Shown one piece after another: positions 1 through 23,549 of a DNA stretch of 64,000 nt (position 1 is the first letter of the stretch; each line of letters starts with the position of its first letter). The DNA lies in contig OZ037768.1 of the NCBI GenBank assembly GCA_964035545.1, positions 20,815,700-20,879,699 of the forward strand, written 5' to 3'. The notes below the pieces were generated by a model. It did not search any database. It was not told the DNA's origin and saw only the letters and a list, made by a program, of their open reading frames with translations. The DNA comes from Bugula neritina. Its lineage: Eukaryota > Animalia > Bryozoa. Position numbers and translations under genes: made by a program.

Positions 1-100
1 ATCCAACGTCTGCAACCAGTGGCAAGCAGATGGTTATCTGCTCCCTTCACCTCCCAGCATCAGCTGTGTGTTATACCTGCTCTATGTAATTTTACTGCAG

Positions 101-3100
101 GCCATCACCGATGTCGATACTGCTCGGGAATGTTTAGAGAAAAACCCGGATGAGAGGAACGAAGATGATATTGAGATACTGCTAGAGTTCCTTCAGAACC
201 TTCCGGTAAGTATGGTGTTAGCCTGCTGTAACGTACAGTAACTGAGTAAGTATATGTGACGTACATGAAACTATGTAAGTATATGTAACGTATATGTAGC
301 TATGTATATTATGGAGTTTAAAACTCATATTCAGAATTTTCAGTTCCTTTCTGTCTCCATACGAACTGTACAGGTAGAGCAGCCATTTCAATGCTACTTC
401 TGAACACTGGTCGTGTCAACTGAAGCACAAAGGAATGCGACTGCATCCTAATTTATTGTCAAAACTCATAATTTATTCCTAAAAGTAGAGAATTTGATAT
501 CTGTTCACGTACCTGCCCAACCCCTGCAGCTGGGAGACTGCGAGTGTGTCATGGGATTCTGTACCGGGCGCTGTTGAGTGTCACCCTACAATCTAGCTGT
601 AGAATAGAGGGAATGTAACTATTATTTAGCAACTGTTGAACTTGTTTGAGCTGTGTCTATGATTCATGTTTCGTTTCACTATAAAAAGTTATGAAATAGA
701 TTCATGGAATTCGTCATCAGTTGGCTATAAAGGATGCTAAAGTCACTCTTAGTAAACATGGCTGTTGATTGAATTTATACCACCAGCTCTTCTGTATTAC
801 TGCTATAATCACGTAGACGCTGTTTACAGGCTGTTTACGGGCTGACTGTATGCTTGTAGGCGTTTGCCAACATGACCATGGCCACTCGGCGGTCGCTGTG
901 CGCTGTCATGGTGTACGCTGTCGTAGAGACGGCCGGCACCGTCGTCATGAATGACGGCGAGGAGTTGGACTCCTGGTCGGTCATCCTGAACGGGCAGGTG
1001 GAGATAACCTACGAGGACGGCACCAGCACCACCCTCTCCATGGGCGACAGGTAGTTCCTACGTAGAATAGTAACACATTACAGGCCGCAGCTGCTTTAGA
1101 CAGCTCTACTATTATTAGCAGTAATGATCAAATGTTTTGGTTTTTTAGCAAACAGCTGGACCTAAGAGTGACCTTGAAATTTATAAAACTTCATGTAAAT
1201 TCATTACTATCTCTTGATGTAAAAACCACTGTAGTTATAAAAAGCAAAACCCACACTAGATGATTGTAAGCTGAATTAGCCAATGAGATGCTGTCTTTAT
1301 ACACAGTCAACAGTCACCTTGGTGTTTCCAATCACTTATCTCTCTTTTTTATGCATATTTTCATTCTCTGTTGGATTAACTCAGCCACAACTTATGCTTA
1401 TAGAATTACTGGTAATTATTTTCCTACACTTTAGCCTGATCTTACCAAAGTAGTTCTTGGTAATATAATTCAAACTGTCTAGCGAATAGGATTGCTTCTC
1501 TCTTCTTGTCAACCAATCGGATAAAGCTTACAACCATAGATAACAACCCTCACGTAAATTCTTTCTCTGATGTCATGCCTCTTGGATAGCCTAAGTTCTC
1601 TCACTCTGTTCTGATGGCCTGAAGGACCATTCCGTATTATAATTCTTTCTCACAGAAATGTAGGCTGTGGTGGCCTACTTGTGTTTCCAAGCTTCTATAT
1701 TGTTCGACACACTTTTCTAAATAATCCTCATCTAATGTGTATCATCACAACATTAACATATATGCAGCCCCAGTTGTAGAAAAACAGTTCCAAGTTTATT
1801 TGTATTTGAGGGAAATGTTGCAAAGGATGTCTGGAAGACCCCCTCACCCGCATACCCTTTGCAGGATTCCCAGGTTAACTTTAGTTAAGGTATTCTCTTT
1901 CTCTATTCATTGACTGTCTTCTAAGTACTCAAGATACTGATGGTTCTTGTAGTTTTGGCATTAAGCCAAGTAAAGAAAAAGAATACCACAGAGGAGTTAT
2001 GACCACCACGGTGGATGACTGCCAGTTTGTGTGTATAGCCCAGGATAACTACTACGACATACTCAGTGCTGTAAGTGTCTATTATATACTATAGTAGCTT
2101 TGTGTGCATAGCCCAGGCTATTATTACCACGTCTGCATATCCATTGACATCTGGACAAGGTTTGTACTCTACTATATGCTCACTGGTGTCTCCTGTGTAG
2201 GGAGAAGAGAACACAACCAAGTTTGAGGAGAATGGTGAAGTGGTGCTAGTGACTGAAAACAGGAGCGTAGACAACGGGGACAGACAGGGGGACATAGTCA
2301 TCAGCGGCACTTCTGAGCGACTGGTGAAGCATCTAATTGAAGACAGGTCGCCGATAGATATGACATATGATGAGGTATTCTTTCTAGAATGTTCCAGAAT
2401 GTAGAGTTGTCTCACTAATGACTGAGAGGGGGTTACTGTACACCCCTAATTTACTAGTCTGTATTGCCATGTGACTGAACATTGCTGTGGCTACAAATGT
2501 TTGCTGTTACATAGTAGTTCTGGTGTAAACAAGCGATGGCATAGTTATATGAAACCTCGTGTGGGACTAAGGCTATTTAATGTACGTTTGTAGGACTTCC
2601 TGTTGACGTACCGCCTCTTTCTCAAGTCCCCGATGGAGATAGCGGATAAACTGCTCAAGTGGTTCGAGGAAGACGCCAGCTACAGGGAGAGAATCACCAG
2701 AGTTGTCCTTCTCTGGGTCAACAATCACTTCAATGACTTTGAGTCGGACATGGATATGACGGAGTTCCTGCAGAACTTTGAGGCTGCCTTAGAGGACTAC
2801 GTGAGTTTGTCAGCTTCTTGTGTATACAGTGTGTAGTCTGTGTATACTGTGTAGTGTGTAGTCTGTAGTGTGTGCTGTGTAGTGTGTGCTGTGTAGTGTG
2901 TACTCTGTAGTGTATACTCTCTACTGTGTAGTGTATACAGTGTAGTGTGTACTGTGTACTGTGTAGTGTGTAGTCTGTAGTGTGTGCTGTGTAGTGTGTG
3001 CTGTGTAGTGTGTACTCTGTAGTGTATACTCTCTACTGTGTAGTGTATACAGTGTAGTGTGTACTGTGTAGTGTATACAGTGTAGTGTGTACTCTCTACT

Positions 3101-6100
3101 GTGTGGTGTATACTCTGTAGTGTGTAGTGTATACTCTGTAGTGTATACTCTGTAGTGTATACTCTGTAGTATAAATTCTATCCGCTGTTTGGTTTGTTCT
3201 ACTGCAGTCGATGCTGCCCCACCTCAGGTTTTTGCACATAGCCTGTGCAGCTAAAGCTAGACCGAGATCCGTGACACTCACTCGGGGCACCAGGGACGAA
3301 ATACTACACTTCTCTATATTAGGTTAGAGCTATTTCTTATATTATACAGCTAACTGTTGACTACATGTAGAACTGTGAACTTCACCTGCTGTGAGGCTAA
3401 GATTTGTGTCAGTATTGTGTAAGATACCTCTCGCACTGCAGGCGGGGTAGACCAAAACTGCGGTATTTTCATATCCAATGTGGAGAGGTGCTCGAAGGCC
3501 TACGAGGGAGGCTTGAAAAGGGGAGACCAGATACTGGAGGTCAACGGAACCAACTTTGAGAATATTTCTCACAGCAAGGCGTTGGAGGTGCTAAGGGGGA
3601 CGACTCTGCTATCCATCACAGTAAAGTCTAATCTGCTAGGTGTGTATGTCTGTTTATTCATGTTGAACAGCCAACTTTGTAAATAAGGAAATAAATGTGA
3701 AAAGGAACTTGCGGTTGATTAGCTGTTAGCAATGTGTTTGTCAACAACCTAACCAAGGTAAGGTAGTGAGTTGGCAAACCACCCTAGAGGTGACTCATCA
3801 TTACTCCATACATGTGTTTCTGCTTTCTCTAGTATTTCTCAGTTGTATCGAATTCATTCGATGACTTCTCTTTATATAAATAGTATGTTGAGGAAATAGT
3901 GCTGCTACTAGTGTATGTATGTACACCATGTGTCTGTTTGTACTCGACTCTCTGCCTTTCTGCAGCCTTCAGAGACATGCTGAACAAATCGGACAAATCC
4001 GAAGGTGCCTACGCCGTACGTAGCGCAAAGACACTCATTAAAATAACAAACAAAGTACACGACGATAGTGACAGTACGGATGGCAGCAGCAGCAGCAGTT
4101 ATCAGCCAATCATAGGCAAGAAATCAAAAGCTGGGACAAGCAATAAGACGAAACTGATGAAGATGTTGGCCAAGATGAGTCTGCTGCCGAGGTCAACCGT
4201 AGTGCGAACTCAGCGGGACTCGACCGATGACGGGGCGATGGAGACGCGCCCGAGATCAAACTCGCTGAACGAGGACTCGGCAACCTTGACCCGATCTAAC
4301 AGTAGTCCGGATGTGACGCAGCTGTCGGCTTACAGTATCGACAGCAACCTTGACATTCCCGAGCACGTGCTTAAAGTCTACAGAGCTGACCAATCTTACA
4401 AGTACTTCCTCGTGCATAAAGTAAGTAGCTTAGAATATTCTGTGTGTGCTTGGAGGAAAGATAACTCCTTTTATGTTGGGTGTAGAGAAAGTAACTACCT
4501 ACATAAAGTAGAAAGTAGACAACTCCTTACGCACAAAATATTTAAAAGTAAATGATTTCTTGTGCACAAAGTAAGAGAAGCTAACTCTTGGTGAATGTTC
4601 AGACATATTCCCTGTACTTTAGGAGACGACCACTAGGGAGGTGGTGATGTTGGCGCTGAGACAGTTTGGTATCTCTGAGCACTCTAGTGAGATACAGAAC
4701 ATGAGCTGCAACAACTACTCTCTCTGTGAAGTCTCTGTGGAACATGGAGGCCTTGTCAAGCAGAAACGACTCCCCGAAACCGCCTCTAATTTAGCAGACA
4801 GGATCGGTGTCCACTCTAGGTAGGTGTTTACTCTAGGTAGGTGTCCACTCTAGGTAGGTGTCCACTCTAGGTAGGTGTTTACTTTAGGTAGGCGTCCACT
4901 CTGTTACTATTACACTGTGTGTGTGTTCTCATACTATTACACTGTGTGTGTTCTCATACTATTACACTGTGTGTGTTCTCATACTATTACACTGTGTGTG
5001 TTCTCATACTATTACGCTGTGTGTGTTCTCATACTATTACACTGTGTGTGGTCTGCCAGGTACTACCTGAGGAACAACATGTCCCAAGAGACTCTGGTCC
5101 CAGATGACGCGGCTCAGGACATGCTGAAGGAAACCCACTTCACCTTCCTCAGTCTCAACGCCATGGAGATAGCCATGCAGCTGACCGTCAATGACTACAG
5201 GGTGTTCCAGGATATCGAGCCTACAGAGTATATCGACAACCTCATTGGACGAGTATCGGCGTACGGTACCACCCAGCTGCACAAGTTTGAACTGGTACTT
5301 GTCTTTACATGCTGAAATTTATTGGGTATCTGAACTGTGCGTTCACCAACCATGTCATGTTTCTGAAACTACATAAAATATATCACATCCTTACAGTCTC
5401 TTCTATTGTCTCTCTACGGCGTGCCCTGCCTTAGTGTGTTTAACTCGTCTAGCTAATGTTTGTATGAAGTATGTTGTGTATTTTATCATACATATTAGTT
5501 GATGACATCTGGGTTTGTCTTCTCTTGTAGCTTGTGAACCGTGAGATGTTCTGGGTGGCCAGCGTGATATGCAACGAGTCCAGCGTGTTCAGGAGAATGA
5601 AATGTATTAAACACTTTATTAAGATAGCCAGTGAGTTCTCCCCCAGGCGCACCTGTTACATCACTGGTGTCTCACTTGTTCAGTGCAGTAGTATTTGATC
5701 TCTATTGTATGCATATACAGTGTCAGCTGAACAGTTTTAGATTTTTTAGTTTCGGTCTCTTCCTCAAACCAGTTTTCCAATGATGTCTTAGAGAAGGAAT
5801 TATCTTCCCTTTGTATAATAAGACGCTATATTGGGAATCGTGTTCCATTTTATTGCACAATGAAGTCGTACAAGATTGATATTGTTATGATTCTGCGTTT
5901 TTCTAGAATATTGCAAGGATTTTAAGAATTTCAACTCGATGTTTGCCATCTTATCTGGCCTGAACACGGGAACCGTGTCGCGTCTACACAACACGTGGGA
6001 GAAACTCCCCAACAAGTACCAGAAGATGTTTGATGATTTACTCTACTTCCTGGACCCCACGAGGAATATGAGTAAATACAGGAACTTGCTCAACAACGCG

Positions 6101-9100
6101 TCTTCTACCCCACCTGTGGTGAGTATGCATCTCCTAAGGTGTGTCTTGCACCACCTCAGGCATGTCTTGTGCCACCTCAGGTATGCAATGCACCGCCTCA
6201 GGTGTGTCTTGTACTACCGCATGGTGATCCCTGCCTAACCTGGGGTGATATCTTTTCACTCTCTGGTCAGCTAATGCTTAGCTAATCACTAATCTCTGTG
6301 TTTTTCTTCAGATACCAATTTTCCCGATAGTAAAGAAGGACCTGACATTTATTGAACTCGGAAATGACACTCGGGTGGACGGTCTGGTAAACTTTGAAAA
6401 GATGCGAATGATAGCCAAGGAAGTGCGGCACATCGTTGGCCTGGCCTCGTCACAATACGTGAGTTTCATATCATAAGAGAGTGTGGCGTTGACTGGTAAC
6501 GTGTACTTTGCTAGTCTCACCTCGTAATCCAGCGTACAAGTGTGGCACTGTAATACCATTCAGAATTCAATAAGAAGTTTGTTGTTTGTTGATTCTTTGA
6601 GTGACTTTTAATCTAAAAAGAGTTGTAAGTTTAATCGTGTAAGTCTGCAATTGACTACTCATAGTTGATAAATGAATTCACTCGCGTATTAAATTGACTC
6701 TGTTGTAAACACACTGAAGTTAGAGTTTCCTTTTTCGTCAGATCCCGGCTCTGATGGTGCCGAATGGGTCGTCTAGCGGCTCTGGCAGCAACTTCCTGTC
6801 GAATCTGCAGGCAGCAAACATGTCGGGAGTGATAACGATACGCAGGAAAAAGCGCACGTCTGCTCTCATACATCATCCTAAGAAGATGTTTGAGGAGGCG
6901 CAGATGGCGCGCAGAGTACGAGCCTACCTCGCTAACCTCGTTGTCATCGGTGAGTTTACCAGCATTCATTGTCCTTGACCTTGCTTTGTCTGTGTGGTAG
7001 GTCTGACATGTCATTCATCGTTTTCTTATCCTTTGACTTATTATATCATAACAGTTGCCAACATGTGAGGATGTATTATGTTGGTGTGTAGTCAATGATG
7101 TCTACGATATCAAAGCTGTGTATAGTGTATTCATTAGACTCTAGAGGTTGTTGATGTTGCAGATGACGAAGAAAAGTTGAATGAGATGTCCTTGTCGTGC
7201 GAAGGCAAATCTAAGACCGAACCCTCTATGCCGTCTCCCTCCATGTCGGACGGGGGACCTAAGTTTGGCGTTGCCGGGGCCAACGTGAACAGGATGTTGG
7301 CTCTGTCGGAGAAGTCTCGCACTGTGAACACCTCTAAACCTCAAGCTCAGGTTAGTTGTCCCGTATTTGACTGAAGTGCTGGTAGGAAACTCGGCACCGT
7401 GAACCTTTGCTGTGTTCTGAATGTTCCTTTATCCACCATACAATGACCAGCTGTTTTTGTACCAAGAAATGTGTACAACTCTTGCATAGGGCTTTCACAG
7501 TCCTCCTAGACCTTTGAATACATGATTTTTATCTGTAACATATACTGTATATGGTCACGTAATATACTGTGTATAGTCATGTAATATACTGTGTATAGTC
7601 ATGTAATATACTGTATATAATCAGTAATATACTGTGTATAGCCGTGTAATATACTGTATATAGTCATGTAATATACTGTATATGGTCACGTAATATACTA
7701 TGTATAGTCAGTAATATACTGTTTATAGTCGTGTAATATACATTACTACTACTATTATTAGTATTCAACAATATATTAAATATGCTTTTTTATTCTCATG
7801 ACAGCGAAAGCGGGTGAGTTGCATTAATACTGACCTTCTCTGTACACAACTCGTAGTTTGTAGCCCTCAATCAACGACCTTGAAAATTAACCCTTCGAGT
7901 ATTGCATCGTATTGTGTCTAGCTGTATTCGAGGTTTCTTTTCACCCGTTTACACGCAGCACTTGTTGGAGTTTTCTCCCCAATCTTGATTCTAGTCTGAC
8001 ATGTGTTTAGTGGTGTCTGCAAGTGTAGTTATTCTGTGACTATTTCAACGCCTGTCTGTCTGTTATTTAACTACTTCTGGTTTTACTTTTATACAAAGTC
8101 GTTTCATGCAAACTATTTCATCATAACAGCATGCGACACTTTGATTCTCTGTAAAGGAATCCTTTATACAGCCTAAATAGGAAATTCATGTAACTTTTAC
8201 TAACATCATAGTAGAGTAGATAGATACAGTAGTGACTACAGTAGCAGCTACAGTGCTCACAGTAGTAGCTACAGCCTATACAATGGTAACTACAGTGTGC
8301 TGATGAAGGTCCTAGTGGGTAGTGAATTGACATCTTGTGCTGTATGTACTCTACGCTGTCATTAAATCACAGCAGACAGTGTACAGTTGTGTGTCTTAGG
8401 AGTTGTCTTCTCTATGATTATCAAATTACTTCCCCCTGCTGTACACAGACAGCCTGTCTCTGTCTGAGATTTCTGTATATAAATATTTATACATGCGGTG
8501 AAAATTATTTTTATTGCTAATCATTTGAATGGTGGAATGGATATCTGTTTGCAGTCTGTCAATAGAAATAATCACTGGCATGTTTTCTTTGTGTAGGACA
8601 AGATCACAAGCCCAACCCTACTACACAAAGGTGGGGGGTCCAGCCAGCCCAGCCACTCCAACACCCAGTCCCTGCAGAGCGCCCTCAAGGCCGTAGATCT
8701 CACCTCAGAGTCATCCAGCGTGATCGGCAACATGAGGTCAGGCGGGGCTCTGAGGAAGCTCAGCACGTCGTCTAGTGTTTCCCGCACTTCAACGGGCAGT
8801 CAGCAGAGCAAGTATGTTAGCAGCGAGCATGGCGGTGTTCACCGTAGTTACAGCTCTAGCATGCAGCCAGATCCGGACTCGGGCCACCATAGCATGTACG
8901 ACAGTCAGAGCCAGTCTAGCGGCTCAACTTCCTCCCAGTCTCAGCAGCCCAGTCCTAGTCCCGGGGGCGCACAATTCTCTACTAACTCTAGCTCCCTCTC
9001 TGGACACGCAGCCCGTACTAATTCTCCTTCCTTGTCACCGGCAACTAAGTACACGTCTAGAATACATGGTTAGTACATGCTAGCTCTCTCTCTCACTGCT

Positions 9101-10761
9101 AGCTCACTCCTTGCCACGCCACGTGCCGCACTTGCGTGCACATCAGGGTAGAAACCTCTCAAGTGGCCTCTGAACCAACATTCTTGTGCAAAGTTCCAAT
9201 TTTCAAGACCAATTTGCTTATCAACCTTCAAATGTTTTTTTTGACCCTTTTTTTGTCTGCTTAGTGCTTGCTCAGTTTTTATCCTATGTTCTCTTACCAT
9301 GTGGTTGCAGTGCAGACCTTCCGTGCAGCATGTATTATGTTTTGTGTAGTCTTTCTACAGCTTAATGTTTCTCCCACAATTGTTGCACCCAACAAGCTAT
9401 AATACAGAATTTACTAGTTTGTCAGAAAGTCTTGGACCAACTAGACGTTGTGAAGCACATATTTCATTGTAATGGATGTATAAAGGGTGCTGCCAGTTGT
9501 ACTTTCTGGCAGCTGACTCATGCTACCTGCTGTCAGGTGTTACTGTGTTTGTGTCATGTTATAGTGCCAGGGCCAGCGTATCAGGGCAAAGGGGGCACAA
9601 CTCTACCAGACTACCAGCTGGCAGCGCAGATGGCGTATTTGTCTCGACATCAGGGGGTGGCGGGCGTCAACATCACCGGTCTCCCAGTTGGGGCGGGGCG
9701 AGCTCCATCGGCTGATGTGTTTGGTTCCCGTGGCAACAGGGCCGTAGAGGACTGTGATGGTCAGTATTTGTAAGTTTGTATGTAGATGGCTTTCTGTGTG
9801 TGTCTTTAGAGTAGATAGTGCCTCTTCTATTTGGGTATATGTAGCTTAGTTTGTATGCACGTTGATGCTAGTGCTGCATCGATATTGGCAATACCAAGAT
9901 ATTAAGTGGCTGCTACATTTTAGTTGTTTTAGTTAGCATTTCAGTATATGGGTACTAATTTCTTTGTTCTGTGATGTCTCTGTTTGGTACTACAATCTCC
10001 TATAAAAGTAATAATTTGGTGGTGATTTTAGCAGTTTTAATGTATCCGGAGAGATCAATGACATCTAATTATTGTTGCTGTATTAACCTCTGATCTTATT
10101 TATTAAATCTAGTTACATATTATTTCTTCAAATATCTAGACCCAAAGCTTTCATAATTTAGGCTGCAAAGTGCATGCAACTTCCTATCAATTTGAATTTC
10201 AAATAATTTCATGTAATACTTTCAATAGTACATTTGATATATTGATTTGATCACGTACTTGCACATTAATTCACATTAACTCAAGTTAATTGTCTTCACT
10301 TGGAATTGCCTTGAGTTTCATTTGTTTGGAAAATTACTTGACTGTGACAGCAATGTCTAACATTAGTTGGAAGTTACTAAGCTATTTCAAAAAATGGCAA
10401 TTTATTTGTGAAAAATATTCTTAATTACGAGCATTAAAATGTGACCTGTCAAATCTGTTTATTTAACACTGGAAGCAGGTTGCTATTTTTTGAGTTCTAT
10501 TGTCAGTAGTATCAGAAAAATCATACAGAACTGATAGCAAAATCAAATAACGAAACCAAGGCGCTAGCTGAAGTACATGTTATGAGCCCGTTTACCAGTT
10601 ATATGTGAAGTATATTTGCTGCTTTGATTGGCTGCTGTAGATAGTACACTTTCTGTGATTTGCTGCTGTAATGTTTTTTGCTATTGGCTGTTGCATTTCT
10701 CGTGTTGTATATTAGTACTTATCTTGCAGATGATATTGAGGAAGTGATATCTGCAGTATAA
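101..10761 (+). CDS. RAPGEF2: Rap guanine nucleotide exchange factor 2/6-like (PDZ-GEF; cNMP-REM-PDZ-RA-RasGEF), 5' end lies upstream of the window
   Basis: Exons, all GT-AG and phase-consistent: 101-205, 860-1050, 1953-2070, 2201-2374, 2594-2800, 3208-3322, 3442-3639, 3966-4420, 4623-4819, 5060-5294, 5531-5630, 5907-6118, 6312-6458, 6742-6949, 7163-7350, 8597-9068, 9565-9759, 10730-10761. Motifs recognised from RAPGEF2/6: [34 protein letters not shown] (cNMP), [15 protein letters not shown] (REM), [13 protein letters not shown] (PDZ), [10 protein letters not shown] (RA), [13 protein letters not shown] and [32 protein letters not shown] (RasGEF), and the C-terminal PDZ ligand EEVISAV*. Confidence 0.95.
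2820..3170. repeat. Intronic degenerate GTGTA/CTGTA tandem repeat with an internal ~112-bp duplication
   Basis: Direct inspection. Explains the spurious ORF at 3096-3290. Confidence 0.85.
4806..4902 (+). repeat. 17-bp tandem repeat spanning a RAPGEF2 splice donor
   Basis: GGTGTCCACTCTAG|GTA, about 5.7 copies. Confidence 0.9.
4905..5050. repeat. 25-bp minisatellite TACTATTACACTGTGTGTGTTCTCA
   Basis: About 6 copies abutting the acceptor at 5059. Confidence 0.9.
7536..7741. repeat. ~22-bp minisatellite GTAATATACTGTGTATAGTCAT
   Basis: About 9 degenerate copies. Confidence 0.85.
7805..7813 (+). CDS. Candidate 9-nt alternative microexon (RKR) of RAPGEF2
   Basis: tatgcttttttattctcatgacAG|CGAAAGCGG|GTGAGT. 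Polypyrimidine tract with an upstream TGC, consensus donor, and frame-preserving inside a phase-0 intron. Confidence 0.55.
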
Positions 10762-13286
10762 CCCAGGATTTTCTGTAAGCAATTCTCCTGAAGTTGGGCT
10801 TGTGCATTATAGCCCGTAATCAAACCTTCAAGTCTTCCTTTATTCATCCTGTACATAAGCTAAAATATTTGTACATAGGAGTTATCCCACCAAATAGACG
10901 AACTGAACCAATGTAATATAATGATCTAACTTAGTCAGATAGATCTGTTTAACAAACTGAGGTCTATTATGGCATTGATATCTACTAACTTTTTACTACT
11001 TTCTTGCCATAAGAGATTATATAAAATAATAAGTAAGGTATTTTTATAAAATGTAACATTGTTATATTTAAATTACAATATTATTGTATTATTATATAAT
11101 ATGTTATTAAAGTAATAGGTATCATCACCTGGAGTAGTTTGCTGTGTGTTCTAAACTTTGTATATATTAAATAAGCTGCACTCAATGTTCTCTAGCAAGT
11201 ATTTTCTTTTACTCCCTGTTTTATTAAAGAATTGTAAACTTACTAATACTGTTAGTCTTGACTGTTTTCACAGATCAGTAAATATTTTCATTAAAACTTA
11301 TTATGGAGCATATATTTTGAAGAGTGATTTATTGTGTTGGTGTTCTGCAACTGTCCCTTTGCCTTAGCTTATCACCTTATTTTTATCTTGTATTCACATT
11401 ATTTTCACACCATGTTTCTCCTCAATGTTTTATGGAAGTAATATATAATATCTTTTAAACATGTAATCTAAGGTTTTCATATACGAAAAATGTTATGACT
11501 GTCACATCCATACTTGTTGCATTTGTATGATGGATTATATATCCCTTAGACTGTCTATGGTCACTAGCAACCTACATATATGTGAACTTTCCTGATGATA
11601 TCACAAAACTGGTTTCAAAATTGTTATTTGTAAACATAATTTGTACAGTTTATTCAAATGTTAATTTATGCTCCTTTTAAATCTGCATTACTCGAATAAT
11701 GCATAATAAATTCTAACATAATGGAGTTGTCCACTCTTCATATTCTTGTCCGCTATACCGGAAGTCTAGTTTAGTGTTGATGAAATGCAGTAGCCTCTGG
11801 GGAGGGAATTGAAGTTTTAAAAAACAGTTGAGTGAAGCTGAGATGAAATATTGGGGTTTGGTTGGGTGCTGGTAGTTCTTCCTTTTTAGTTAATAAGACT
11901 AAAGTTTTAGTGTGATGAACAATTCCTGAATCTAAGTTCACTAAGATCTGGTTTGTTTTAAGTGTGGGCGAAGTTGGAGCATCAGTCTGGCTCTAGTAGC
12001 TTGATTATATCAGTAGTAGGCTACAAATACTATGTAATATAGTGTTGAACCTGATTGAAAAATGTATTCGTTACACTATCAAGAATTGAAATGAATTGAT
12101 TACAAGAATAGTAAAAGCATTTTAATAACCTATGGACATATGGAATTCTACATTTTGTTACAAAACCTCTGCAAGCAAATCCAGCTGGCTGCTGTGAAGA
12201 AAAATACTATTCAGTATGAAAACTTCATGCATTAAAAAGTGGATGCAACTGCATATGAAACCAATTTATTAGTACAATCTCAATAAATAAAACAGTCTAT
12301 AATACAAATGTAATATCCATGATTCGATCACAAAAGTCACGATGTCAATGATTCAAAGGTGATTTTATATTCAAGAGGTTTTTACAAATAAGCATGTCAT
12401 GTAAAATGCAAACTTGTTTCTACAAATAACTAAATCTTATATTATAAAACACTAGTTGAAAACTTTAACAATAAGTTCAATCTAAACAATACAATATCAA
12501 ATTGTGAACACTCCAACTTCACTGGATTGGTAAGAGATTAGAAAAGTATGGTGACACCAAAGCAACTGAGGTTACAGCTAGCAAATGAGAGTATTAAATA
12601 AAAAGAAATCTTAAATTTCACAGCCTAATGTTACCCACCAACATGGTAAAATGCATCTTCGGTTGTATTCCTGTATCTTTGGCGTTAAGTATAGCAGCAT
12701 GATAAACTGAAGGAATAACAGGAGGGCAGGTGAGCTAAGTGTTAGCAAGTGTACAGAATAATTCTAAACAAAGAAATACAAGCTGAAAGTAAAAAATATC
12801 ACACAATAAGGAAGGTGCATGAAGCGGACATCAAAATACTTGCCGAGTAAAATTAAAAATAAAACTAAAAGTAGTAATTAGGAGTAAACAAGTATTAGTA
12901 AACAAGATTGTCAAGTCAGCAAAATATGATGAAAGCGTCAGCAAAATGTTTGATTTGTAAATTTACAAATGATTGATGCAGGCCTAACAGTAGGGTATAT
13001 GAAATACAATGCAAAGCAATAAAAAAATCCCATACATTTTGTGTGAAGATTGCATGGAACAAATGTCACTAAATATGACATGTACAGGTATATAGAAAAT
13101 AAGTGCTATACTGTGATATGCAGGTATCACAAGATTGAGTGTACTGCACACAGTATGTCTAGTTGACACCAATCAGCATGTGTCTGAAGTGCATATGTCA
13201 TAGGAGTACACGGATTGCTTGCCAGTCAGTGTGCAAGGTGCTTGGATCAGGGAGGTTGACATGTAGAGGCAGGTGTTGGAGTCCAG

Positions 13287-23549
<10,263 letters not shown>

